Shown: positions 1 to 9,180 of the stretch, in pieces
Layout of the letters: each line of letters starts with the position of its first letter
Numbering within the stretch: the first letter of the stretch is position 1
Source: Meyerozyma guilliermondii
Taxonomy: Eukaryota
Direction: 5' to 3'
DNA: 64,000 nt
Assembly (NCBI GenBank): GCA_051546255.1
Contig: CP128816.1
Span: forward strand, 1,116,001-1,180,000
Translations under genes and position numbers: made by a program
Notes under the pieces: model-generated
What the model was told of the DNA's origin: nothing
The model's input: only the letters and a program-made list of their open reading frames with translations
Databases searched by the model: none

Positions 1-876
1 ATCATCACCATCGTAAAATGTACGACCATCTTTATTAAATTCATCCGAGAACACTAATTTCCAAGTACCCGTAGTGACTTTTCTGGTGAGGTACTCATCA
101 GGAGTATCAGGATCCACCAAACTCGTTCTTATAGCACTCAATATGGGATATTTATAGTGTGTTAATATCTCATATGATTCTGGAGTATAATGGTCGGCGA
201 CACCGGAGTATGTGAGAACTGGGAAAAGAATAAACACACAAATCACAGCGATGACGAGAAAAATGATACCGAAAAGGCCACCCATAGAACGACGGTCCAT
301 GTTCTTCAAATCATACATGAATCTGTTTTTGTCATACAGAGCATCGGCAATGGGGTCTGGGTTATGAAGGTAATCATCTGGTTCCTTTTCGTCGATATGA
401 AGCGGGAATGACGATGCAGGGTATCCACCAAAGGGACTAAAGTCTGTGGCCGCAATGAACGGATTTGTGCTCTTGTTCGAGCTCAGCGAAGTATCATCAC
501 TCTTTGGTGTCTGTTTGTTTTGATACAAGTGTGACGAAAGAGACGTGGAAGAGACTACCCTGGAACCTGCCATCAGAGGATACCTATCATATTCCGATGG
601 TACTTGTATGTTATTGTCACTGTTCTGGGCATTGTTTCCCTCCAACGATGTCTCATGAGAAAGAAGATTCGATGAGGTGCCATTCTTCAGGTAATAACCA
701 TTGTATGAACTGAACGGTTTTCCATAATGAAAGTTGGTATCGTCCAGCTGAGATGACGAGATATGGTTGGAGCCGAACGACGACGACAGATCCTCATCTT
801 GAGGAGAGGCAAACGGGTTCTGTTCGCCGTCCTGCGGCACGTTGGGACTGTTATATGTGAGATCACGTTGAGCCAT
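1..876 (-). CDS. KRE6: KRE6/SKN1-family beta-1,6-glucan synthesis protein (GH16-like type II membrane protein), 5' part; runs off the left edge
   Basis: Absent from the ORF track; translated by hand. The minus-strand frame is open from ATG at 876 (MAQRDLTYNSPNV...) to position 1. It has a Ser-rich N-terminus, DFSPFGGYPASSFPLHIDEKEPDDYLHNPDP, one TM segment, then LVDPDTPDEY...WKLVFSDEFNKDGRTFYDGDD, all typical of Kre6/Skn1. KRE6 versus SKN1 cannot be decided from this part. Confidence 0.9.
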   Translation of the reverse strand, partial: MAQRDLTYNSPNVPQDGEQNPFASPQDEDLSSSFGSNHISSSQLDDTNFHYGKPFSSYNGYYLKNGTSSNLLSHETSLEGNNAQNSDNNIQVPSEYDRYPLMAGSRVVSSTSLSSHLYQNKQTPKSDDTSLSSNKSTNPFIAATDFSPFGGYPASSFPLHIDEKEPDDYLHNPDPIADALYDKNRFMYDLKNMDRRSMGGLFGIIFLVIAVICVFILFPVLTYSGVADHYTPESYEILTHYKYPILSAIRTSLVDPDTPDEYLTRKVTTGTWKLVFSDEFNKDGRTFYDGDD

Positions 877-1967
877 GATCAAAGAGGGGTGCGACAGGCA
901 AATGGAAACGACTGCTTTTTAGTAGTGGTTCGAGGATTAAGCTATGTCTGGATCAAAAACGAGCGATATTCCAGACTTGTTGATTTTTTTTGTCACCAAT
1001 ATATCAGGATGGGTGAACGTAAAAACGGATAGTATTGATTTCAAGGTTATGCAAAAAAACAAGAACCAAAGAAAAGTAGATTATATAGCTCTTTTGCTGT
1101 TCTTGTATGAAACACAGATCAGTTAAACACTAGAAAATCTATCGATCTTGATCAATATTTTGTCGTCAGCCCGTTAGTCTTGGCTATTTTTTTTGTTATT
1201 CAGGCTGTGCAAAGTTGCGCACTCGTGTTTTTGTGTAACAACGAGCCTTCTGGTTATGGGCGTGGTAGGTGCTACAAAGATACTAAAAATGGAAGCTGGG
1301 AAAAGGGGGTTTGAGTGTATACGAGGCTGTGGGAGGTTTAGCTGCCCTGAAAATAAGATGGAGTTTTAGATGGCTGAGAAGAGAGATTTTTTCAAGGAAT
1401 GTTAGTGCACCCAGTGCACCCAGCGAAAGGCTAAAAATAAGAGCAGATGAAATAGGAAGGTACAATTCTCAAAAGTGCACGAGGGAGAAGCCACGGGATC
1501 ACCTAGGGTCTACGATGCAATTTTAGTAATTCAAGGACTATTTCCAGCTGTGCTTTCTTTTCACCTGTTGAGGAGGGAACGTCAAAAAAGAAATTGACAC
1601 AAGAGATGAATTACGTAACGAGCGGCTTAAACTATAAAGCCACATGTTTCCATCACGAAAGCCAGTTTTAAAAAAAATGACACATACATTGTAAGCGAGA
1701 ATGCTCGAGTGTTTCGGCGAAAACTGCTTTGGAGATTCATTAACCACAAAAGAGGAGAATGGTGAAGCGAATCAAATTTGCAGATTCTTTTTAAGGGTCA
1801 GAACAATGGGCATTTCCCAGGCATATGCAGGGGTGAGACAGGGCACCCAACGACAGACTACAGCCACGAGTAAAGCCTAAACGAGCGGGCGAAAATAAGC
1901 GTTAGTAAACAGAGGTCACATGAGGCCAGCTACCTCTCAAATTTACTATATAGAGCTTTTCATTTTC

Positions 1968-2023
1968 TTCTAATGATTCTATAATGGTTCTATAATGGTT
2001 CTATTATAATTCTATTATGATTC
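1968..2023. repeat. Imperfect 11-bp tandem repeat (TTCTATAATGG-like, about 5 copies)
   Basis: Reads ttctaatga ttctataatgg ttctataatgg ttctattataa ttctattatga ttc, in the KRE6/ATG9 divergent intergenic region. Confidence 0.8.
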
Positions 2024-2150
2024 GACCATTCTTTGCTTTGCTCTCATCTGTTATTTCCCCTCTTTTCTACTTTTTCTTTTTCTCGTTCCTCTTTCTTGGC
2101 TTCCTCTCTCTTGGCCGTTCTCTTCTTTGGCTCTCACTAGATAGCTGACC

Positions 2151-2179
2151 AGCCACACGCAGGAGAGCCACACGCAGGA
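2151..2179. repeat. Short direct repeat AGCCACACGCAGGA x2 (period 15)
   Basis: agccacacgcaggag agccacacgcagga, about 65-90 bp upstream of the ATG9 start. Confidence 0.7.
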
Positions 2180-2242
2180 CCCCACCTGCAGTACAATCAT
2201 CACTTTAACATCCACTCCACCTTATCAAAGCGCCACTACTTC

Positions 2243-4669
2243 ATGCCTGATGTTCATTTGAGCTCCAGTTTTGCTGAGGGCAACACTAGCGAGCAAAACG
2301 AGAACGATACGTTTCTCTCACGTATATTTGGTTTCCATTCCATCTACAATCAGCTCGATAATTACCAGTATTATGACCCAGAATCTCAAGTAGGCGACTC
2401 TATGATCCGCCGCGATGGTGGTCTGAACCACTTATTAGACCTGGAGTCCGATTCAGACCTTTCCTCCATAGAAAGCAGCTCTCTGCTGCAAGACCAACCA
2501 CCGTCAATTCATGCCAATGACATACAAATGCAACCATACGAGCCTCCTACTCAGCCGTATGGAGAGATAGATCCCCAACCACAAAATGCTCCAATTATGA
2601 CAGAATCTGCTCCAAGCCACGGAATCTTGAACAATGGTGCAGTCTCGACAGATGAAGCTCAGGTTCAGTTCAGAAAAACTAAAACACTTCCTTCGTTCCA
2701 TACCATGTACCAGCGGCAGGCCCGTGGACGTGTGTTCATTCCTTCTAGAGAAAGAGCGTTGTACTTGTGGGCCAATATTGTTAATATGGACGAATTTCTC
2801 TCCGATTTATATTACTACTACCGTGGTCGAGGCGTTATGAACATCGTTTTAGGGCGCATCGTGGACTTGGCTACTCTTGTATTTGTCATTGGTTTCGCAT
2901 CCTTTCTAGCCTGGGGTGTAGACTACGACAAATTTTTGTCTAGAGGACAAAAAAGCTTGACATTGTCAGACCTCATCATTCCACATTACATTTCCAAAGC
3001 TCCGGCAATGGCAAAGCTACTACTTTTTGGATTTGCTATTTACATCACACTTCGCATTGTGCAATTATACTTTGATTTCCGCTATAAACTATCTGAAATC
3101 CGCAATTTTTACCGTCAATTGCTCGATATCCCTCACGATGATGAGCTTATGACGATCTCATGGGCTACAATTGTTGAAAGGCTTATGGAACTTAAAGATT
3201 TCAATACCCTCACCAGCCTGCTGCATTATGTGAACGACTTGAAATCCAAAGTCAGACTCAACGCCCATGATATTGCAAACAGAATAATGCGCAAGGAGAA
3301 TTATATCATAGCGTTGATCAACAAGGATACGTTAAACTTGGGGTTTGAGATTCCATTGTTGTCTGTGCTAAATCCAATTCTTAATACTCGGGCTGTATTG
3401 ACACGCACCTTGGAGTGGAATTTAAAGCTCTGTATTTACAACTTTGTCTTCAATAACCAGGGCCAAGTCAACCCCAATGTCCTTAAAGACTACAACAGAA
3501 ATATGTTGGCAAAGGAGTTGAGCTCCCGGTTCAAAATGGCAGCAATCATCAACCTTTTGTTGTGTCCATTTATTGTGGTATATTTCGTTTTGTTGTACTT
3601 TTTCCGATACTTTAACGAATACAAGACGAATCCATCGTCGTTGATCGGTCTTCGCCAGTATACTCCTTGGGCAGAATGGAAGTTACGAGAGTTTAATGAG
3701 CTACCTCATTTTTTTGTCAAGCGACTTCAGCTCTCCATAGGACCAGCCAATACCTATATTAACCAGTTTCCTCGAGGATTTTTGGTTGTTAATATCATGA
3801 CCCTCGTCAACTTTGTTGCTGGTGCAATCACGGCTGTTCTCGTCGTGATGGGATTATGGTTTGAAGACGAGGAACACAGTTTTTGGGCATTCGAGCTCAC
3901 AGAAAACAAATCTGCATTATTTTACATCAGTATTTTCGGAACAATATGGGCAGTCACTGCTGGCTCGTTGGCTACCGATACATCGTCGACGGAAAGTGCC
4001 AATTCCAGCTCACCGTTTTATTATGATCCAGAAGCTAGTCTTCGCTATGTGACCCAATTCACACATTACATGCCGTCAACGTGGAGTAAAAAGCTACACA
4101 CGGCCGAGGTTAAGGGCGAATTTTGTGAATTATTCAGCCTAAAGATCGTTGTCATCATTAACGAGTTGTTAAGTCTCGTGCTTACCCCATTCATTCTTTG
4201 GTTCAAATTGCTGAGTCAATCGGGTGCCATTATAGATTTTGTACGAGAATACTCCGTTTATGTTGATGGGCTAGGATATGTGTGCTACTTTGCCATGTTC
4301 AACTTTGAAAAGAAGGATAAGAACATGATGCACGATCTCAACAAGAAGAAGAAAAAGTCTCCCTCCCACCGCACTAAGCGAGACGACATTGAAGAGGAAG
4401 AAGAAAGTGACAATGGGGTACCCAATGGCGACGATAAAATGATCAAATCTTACATGTATTTCCTTGAAAGTTATGACGATCGAGAGCGTGCAGCTCGACC
4501 AACCCCAAAGCTGCGTCAACTTCCGCGCACCAGATTACCGCCTGGAAGCATATCCGAATCCACCTACAACGTCGACCATATACTAGAGGAAGAGGAACTA
4601 CCACAGGGCAAGAGTGCTGGGGTTTTTGGGATGATCAACCAGTTCTACAAGCAAGACCTTGGAAGGTGA
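2243..4669 (+). CDS. ATG9: Autophagy protein Atg9 (lipid scramblase)
   Basis: 808-aa ORF with ERALYLWANIVNMDEFL, RLNAHDIANRIMRKENY, RQYTPWAEWKLREFNELPHFF, IIDFVREYSVYVDGLGYVCYFAMF and DKMIKSYMYF, all Atg9 hallmarks. Confidence 0.95.
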   Translation: MPDVHLSSSFAEGNTSEQNENDTFLSRIFGFHSIYNQLDNYQYYDPESQVGDSMIRRDGGLNHLLDLESDSDLSSIESSSLLQDQPPSIHANDIQMQPYEPPTQPYGEIDPQPQNAPIMTESAPSHGILNNGAVSTDEAQVQFRKTKTLPSFHTMYQRQARGRVFIPSRERALYLWANIVNMDEFLSDLYYYYRGRGVMNIVLGRIVDLATLVFVIGFASFLAWGVDYDKFLSRGQKSLTLSDLIIPHYISKAPAMAKLLLFGFAIYITLRIVQLYFDFRYKLSEIRNFYRQLLDIPHDDELMTISWATIVERLMELKDFNTLTSLLHYVNDLKSKVRLNAHDIANRIMRKENYIIALINKDTLNLGFEIPLLSVLNPILNTRAVLTRTLEWNLKLCIYNFVFNNQGQVNPNVLKDYNRNMLAKELSSRFKMAAIINLLLCPFIVVYFVLLYFFRYFNEYKTNPSSLIGLRQYTPWAEWKLREFNELPHFFVKRLQLSIGPANTYINQFPRGFLVVNIMTLVNFVAGAITAVLVVMGLWFEDEEHSFWAFELTENKSALFYISIFGTIWAVTAGSLATDTSSTESANSSSPFYYDPEASLRYVTQFTHYMPSTWSKKLHTAEVKGEFCELFSLKIVVIINELLSLVLTPFILWFKLLSQSGAIIDFVREYSVYVDGLGYVCYFAMFNFEKKDKNMMHDLNKKKKKSPSHRTKRDDIEEEEESDNGVPNGDDKMIKSYMYFLESYDDRERAARPTPKLRQLPRTRLPPGSISESTYNVDHILEEEELPQGKSAGVFGMINQFYKQDLGR

Positions 4670-4733
4670 AAAATATAAGCACAGCACATATATTACATAA
4701 TCCAAAGACTGAAAGACAAAAGTTGGAACCGAT

Positions 4734-4742
4734 GCTCATCGC
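4734..4742 (-). promoter_or_regulatory. PAC element (GCGATGAGC) upstream of ribosome-biogenesis gene NOP14
   Basis: GCTCATCGC on the + strand is the reverse complement of the PAC consensus. PAC is the known motif of ribosome-biogenesis genes. Confidence 0.65.
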
Positions 4743-4751
4743 ACACTAGTG

Positions 4752-7079
4752 ATGGCGGGATCCCAACTCAAGCAGCTACGTGCGTCGCTCAAGGAGAAAG
4801 GCCTCGTTGGCCAAACGAATGTCAAACGAAAAAACAAAAACGCAAAGACTCCCTCGGAAACGAGGCGTCAGGATCATAACAAGATCATAAGTGAGATTCG
4901 TAACGATTTTAACCAGTTTGACAATCGGTACAATAGAACCAAGCATGATGTGACTACGATTCTGAAGGGCAAGTTTGTGAAAGTAGGTTCGAAACAGCAT
5001 AACGAAGCAAGTAGAAACAACCAGTCGGTAGAACAGGCATTGAAAAGTGAGCATGAAGCCAAGAAGAAATTCCGAGGACGAACGGGAGGTTTGGTAGACC
5101 GAAGATTCGGAGAGGGCAATGCAAACATGACGGCAGAAGAGAAAATGCTCATTCGTTTTGCCAGGGAACGGGAGTCCGGTAACAAAAAGAAGCATGCATT
5201 TTCATTGGGAAGCGATGATGAAGAAGACGGTGCTGAAGACGACGATGACGGATTCGTTCTCACACATGGAGGTAAGGCGATAGCTGACGAAGAGTCGTTG
5301 GGAGACCAAGTTACTTATGCAGATGAAAATTCGGCACAACCATTGCGCCGAAAATCCAAGGCTGAGGTGATGAAAGAAGTGATAGCAAAGTCCAAGTTCT
5401 ACAAACAGCAAAGACAGAAAGAGTTTGCCAAGACCCAAGATGAGATTATGGACCTTGATGAAGACTTTGGTGATGTTATGCAAGTGATGAATGAACAACC
5501 CGTTCCAAAACAACCCATTAAATCGAAAACGGCTGAAGAAATAGAATACGATAGTCGGGTACGTGAACTTACCTACGATCGTCGTGCTGTTCCTGCTGAC
5601 AGAACGAAAACTGACGAGGAGCTTCGCAAGGAGCATGCTGAGAAAATGCGCAAGCTTGAAGAGGAGCGTGAGAAGCGTATGCTGGGCTTTGCATCTGAAG
5701 GTGGTGATAATATTGACGACGATTTCTGGGAGAATGACCAGGACGAGGACGAAATGGAAGGAGTCAGCATTGAGAATGGCGCCTCATCGGACTCAGATGA
5801 AGAACTGGAAACTGAGGTGACTTCAAAGAGCAGTAAACCAAAAGCTGCAAAGCATGCCATTCCTTCAACACAAACCGAATTCATCTCTATAGTAGAAGGC
5901 GTTGAACCTTCTCAACAGCCTCGTTTGGTGAACTCTATAGTTGAGTCACATCATCCTCGGTTGGCAGCTGGAAACAAAGAGAAGATGGATGTCTTTGTTG
6001 GCATTCTTTTTCAGCATGTTCTTTACTTGGCCGACAAGGATAAAGAGTTAACGGAAACATACATTTCTATTCTTGTTCCTCTCGCTGAAAATTACAACCA
6101 GGCACTTGTGGAAAACGTTAGAACCGAATTGCAACAAGTCCAGAACCATATATTGGACCAGAAATTGAGGACAAGGGACTTGGTTTTATTCGCGGTGATC
6201 GGAGTGCTTTTTTCTACATCGGACCACTATCACCTTGTGGTGACACCAGCATTAATTTTGATGAACGAAGCGATTTCAAGCACGCAATTCAGACAAGTTT
6301 CTTTGAAACAATTAGCTGAGGCAGTCTACCTCAGTGATATGGTACTTCATTATCAGAGAATCGCGAAGCGGTATGTTCCCGAAGTGGCGTGTTTCTTGCA
6401 AAGGGCATTGATGGCACTTGTACCGCAAGTTGAAAAATTGGGAGGAAAGCCAGAATTCAATTTGAAACCCAATGACAAACGTAAGAATAAGGTGCAAATT
6501 TCAATCAGTGGATTGAGTGAAGATTCTCCAGATTTCAAATTTAGTCTTTTGGACCGAATTTTGGAGTTATGTGACCGGTCAGTTAGCATGTGGAGAGATA
6601 ATAGCGGCATTGTGGAAATAACCGCACCTCTCATACCGATATTGACCCATTTGGCGAGGTATTTCAACAATGAGTTGACGAATCTTGCAGCCATTTTGAC
6701 GAAAATTGTCAAGTTGCACGAAAATGCCGTTAAGGAACGGGTGCCATTAGCATTACAAACACACAAGGCGTTGGCAATACCTACTTATGCTCCCAAATTT
6801 GAAGAGAATTTCAATCCTGATAAAAAATCTTATGATGCTAATCGTGAGAGGCAGGAAATTAACAAGATGAAGCATCAATTGAAGAAGGAAAAGAAGCTGA
6901 CGATGAAAGATATTCGGAAGCAAGGACGGTTTAGTGCCAGGGAACAAATTCGGGACAAAAAGCAAATGTATGAGGAGTATCATAAAAAGATGGCTAATAT
7001 TGTTAGCAGCATTTCTACCACTGAGGGAGCTGAAAAAAATGCCTACGAACGTGAAAAGAAAAAACGAGCCAAAAAATAG
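4752..7079 (+). CDS. NOP14: Nucleolar protein Nop14 (40S/SSU processome)
   Basis: Contains MAGSQLKQLR, GGLVDRRFGE, LTHGG, KSKAEVMKEVIAKSKFYK, DRRAVPADRTKT, STSDHYHLVVTPA and PKFEENFNPDKKSYD. First ATG is at 4752 (the track starts at GTG 4749). Confidence 0.95.
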   Translation: MAGSQLKQLRASLKEKGLVGQTNVKRKNKNAKTPSETRRQDHNKIISEIRNDFNQFDNRYNRTKHDVTTILKGKFVKVGSKQHNEASRNNQSVEQALKSEHEAKKKFRGRTGGLVDRRFGEGNANMTAEEKMLIRFARERESGNKKKHAFSLGSDDEEDGAEDDDDGFVLTHGGKAIADEESLGDQVTYADENSAQPLRRKSKAEVMKEVIAKSKFYKQQRQKEFAKTQDEIMDLDEDFGDVMQVMNEQPVPKQPIKSKTAEEIEYDSRVRELTYDRRAVPADRTKTDEELRKEHAEKMRKLEEEREKRMLGFASEGGDNIDDDFWENDQDEDEMEGVSIENGASSDSDEELETEVTSKSSKPKAAKHAIPSTQTEFISIVEGVEPSQQPRLVNSIVESHHPRLAAGNKEKMDVFVGILFQHVLYLADKDKELTETYISILVPLAENYNQALVENVRTELQQVQNHILDQKLRTRDLVLFAVIGVLFSTSDHYHLVVTPALILMNEAISSTQFRQVSLKQLAEAVYLSDMVLHYQRIAKRYVPEVACFLQRALMALVPQVEKLGGKPEFNLKPNDKRKNKVQISISGLSEDSPDFKFSLLDRILELCDRSVSMWRDNSGIVEITAPLIPILTHLARYFNNELTNLAAILTKIVKLHENAVKERVPLALQTHKALAIPTYAPKFEENFNPDKKSYDANRERQEINKMKHQLKKEKKLTMKDIRKQGRFSAREQIRDKKQMYEEYHKKMANIVSSISTTEGAEKNAYEREKKKRAKK

Positions 7080-7160
7080 CTTTTGGGTAACAGTATATAT
7101 AATATTATACAGTCGACACTTTATGTACGTCAACCGTTTTAAAACAACACGGTATCAATC

Positions 7161-7673
7161 TTATACTTGCGACATGGCTGGAACACCAACTCTTGGAGCC
7201 GACTTACGAGAACCGCCAAACATACCACCTCTAGCAGCACCAATGGATGAAAACACAAGCGATGCCAAAAAGATAAACACGGAAAAGTAAAGGAAGGCAA
7301 CCGAGGCTTGGGCCTTTCTACAACGACCAGACTTACCTTGAGTGATGTTGTTGTCCTTGAGGTACAGTTCATTAGAACATGAGTGACAACGAATACCAGC
7401 AGCAATTGCAGTAGCAGCGGCAAAAGTGAAAACAAAGTTCAAAAAGTCAAAGATGGCTAATACCAATGGCCATGCAAATCCGTCAAAGAGGTAAGCTAAA
7501 ACACCATAGAATGAGGAAGTAAGGATAGCAAAAGCAGCGGCAAACACACCAAAATTAATTTGAGGATTAGATTGGAAAACAGTGGTTGCGGCAAGGGAGC
7601 CGGTCAATCCTAATGCAATCACAAGGAAGACAAAGTTGATAATTCTCAAAATTGAGTCACCGATGGCTAACAT
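7161..7673 (-). CDS. NCE102: Nce102/Fhn1 MARVEL-domain eisosome (MCC) membrane protein
   Basis: MLAIGDSILRIINFVFLVIALGLTGSL...NPQINFGVFAAAF...GIRCHSCSN...RCRKAQASVAFLYFS...VGVPAMSQV, with four TM segments. ATG at 7673. Confidence 0.92.
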   Translation of the reverse strand: MLAIGDSILRIINFVFLVIALGLTGSLAATTVFQSNPQINFGVFAAAFAILTSSFYGVLAYLFDGFAWPLVLAIFDFLNFVFTFAAATAIAAGIRCHSCSNELYLKDNNITQGKSGRCRKAQASVAFLYFSVFIFLASLVFSSIGAARGGMFGGSRKSAPRVGVPAMSQV

Positions 7674-8045
7674 TATAAAGTTGGAGATATGCGACAAGTA
7701 CTCCTGACCTCCGGCCTTTATAAGCAAGCTTCATCCGACTTTCCGCATTGGGCCGGGTCATGTTTATCGCGGCTGAAATAGCAAAGTATTTGCAGTTCGG
7801 CTCGTTCGGGAAGGTGACGAAGGGGTCACCTGGCCACTTCCGAGGGTAAAACCGAGGGGTAAAGAAAAAAACCACGACAGTGTGCAGGAAACAGCCCAAT
7901 GTGGTATTTGCAGCAACAGCAAGGAAAGGATTGCAAACAATTGCAGCCGAACTTACAGCCTAATTTGCAGCACAACTAAAGTTTAACTTTCAGCCTACTG
8001 TGCTAAATTTCATGTAGCCCTTCATTTCATTTCTTTCTTCTTACT

Positions 8046-8723
8046 TTACTCGCTAAAATACTTCCTCACATTATCATCCACCGCAACTTGCACTGGCAGT
8101 TGCCCGTCGTTGTTGCGGATCTCGGGATCCCCTCCGCACTCCCGAAGTAGTTTAGCCACGTCTCCGTGGCCCTCGGCAAGTGCGTGGTGCATAGGAGTCC
8201 ATCCATCTGAATCTTTAGCGTTGATATTGGCTCGCGCATCTACCAACGTTCGCACTATGGGTTGCGATCCAATTGCCGCCGCTCGATGCATCGCTGTTCT
8301 TCCCAACTTATCCTTGGTTCGAGTCGAACAATGGTATTTTTGAATCAATTGCTTCACTACATCATAATGATTTTTGCTGACAGCCAAATGGAGTGCGGTG
8401 GTTCCGCTACCTGTGGCTAGGTCGATATCCGGTACAGGGTCATGGGTCAATAATACGTCAAGAATGTCACTACGACCGATTGCGGCAGCAATATGGACAG
8501 GAGTCCATCCCGAATTATCAACCATATCGTCAATTTCCGCTTGAGTCATGTTTGCAGCCAAAAACGCCACCATGTCGACATCGCCTCCAGATACCGCCCA
8601 ATGAAGTGGTAAACGTCCATCTTCATCCTGCTCGTTCACCAATTTGGGATGCTCTCTAATCAACTCTTTTGCAAGCAAGAACTTGTCATCGCGAATGGCT
8701 TGGTGTACCGTCGCCTTATCCAT
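8046..8723 (-). CDS. NAS6: Ankyrin-repeat proteasome assembly chaperone Nas6 (gankyrin)
   Basis: About 225 aa made of ankyrin repeats (DEDGRLPLHWAVS, SGWTPVHIAAA, GTTALHLAVSK, TAMHRAAAIGS, DGWTPMHHALAEGHGDVA). The last two match Nas6 closely. Start set at MDKATVH (8723). Confidence 0.88.
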   Translation of the reverse strand: MDKATVHQAIRDDKFLLAKELIREHPKLVNEQDEDGRLPLHWAVSGGDVDMVAFLAANMTQAEIDDMVDNSGWTPVHIAAAIGRSDILDVLLTHDPVPDIDLATGSGTTALHLAVSKNHYDVVKQLIQKYHCSTRTKDKLGRTAMHRAAAIGSQPIVRTLVDARANINAKDSDGWTPMHHALAEGHGDVAKLLRECGGDPEIRNNDGQLPVQVAVDDNVRKYFSE

Positions 8724-9180
8724 CGTTGTTGCAGTCGATGCCAGAATTTGGATAGGTCGCTGGGCTGGTGTGCGGATGTCCATCCCATGCACCTCCGATG
8801 TCGCACCACATTTGTTGGCCATTTCCGAGGGCATTGTGCATTAGACGACTAGGGGGCTTTCCGAGGGTTCCTTATGGTGCAATTGAAATTTTGTGACCTC
8901 AATTGATGACACTCCATAAGGATGTAGCGGAAGCAATTCCTTGGCTTCCGGCGGTGTCACAGGATGTCATAGACGCCCCATAATAATATTGGGACAGATT
9001 TCACGTATTATTTCGGTCCGAAACGGTGTTTCCATTCGGGGTTCCATGACGCCTAATTGGGAATAATGACAAACATTTTGGGAAGGTGCGACGCACGGCC
9101 GAGGGCTCACTTTCTTTATTTCAATGCGGCTGGGACCCTTGCCTATGTACAGTACGAAAATTCAATTGCATTCATTCAAT

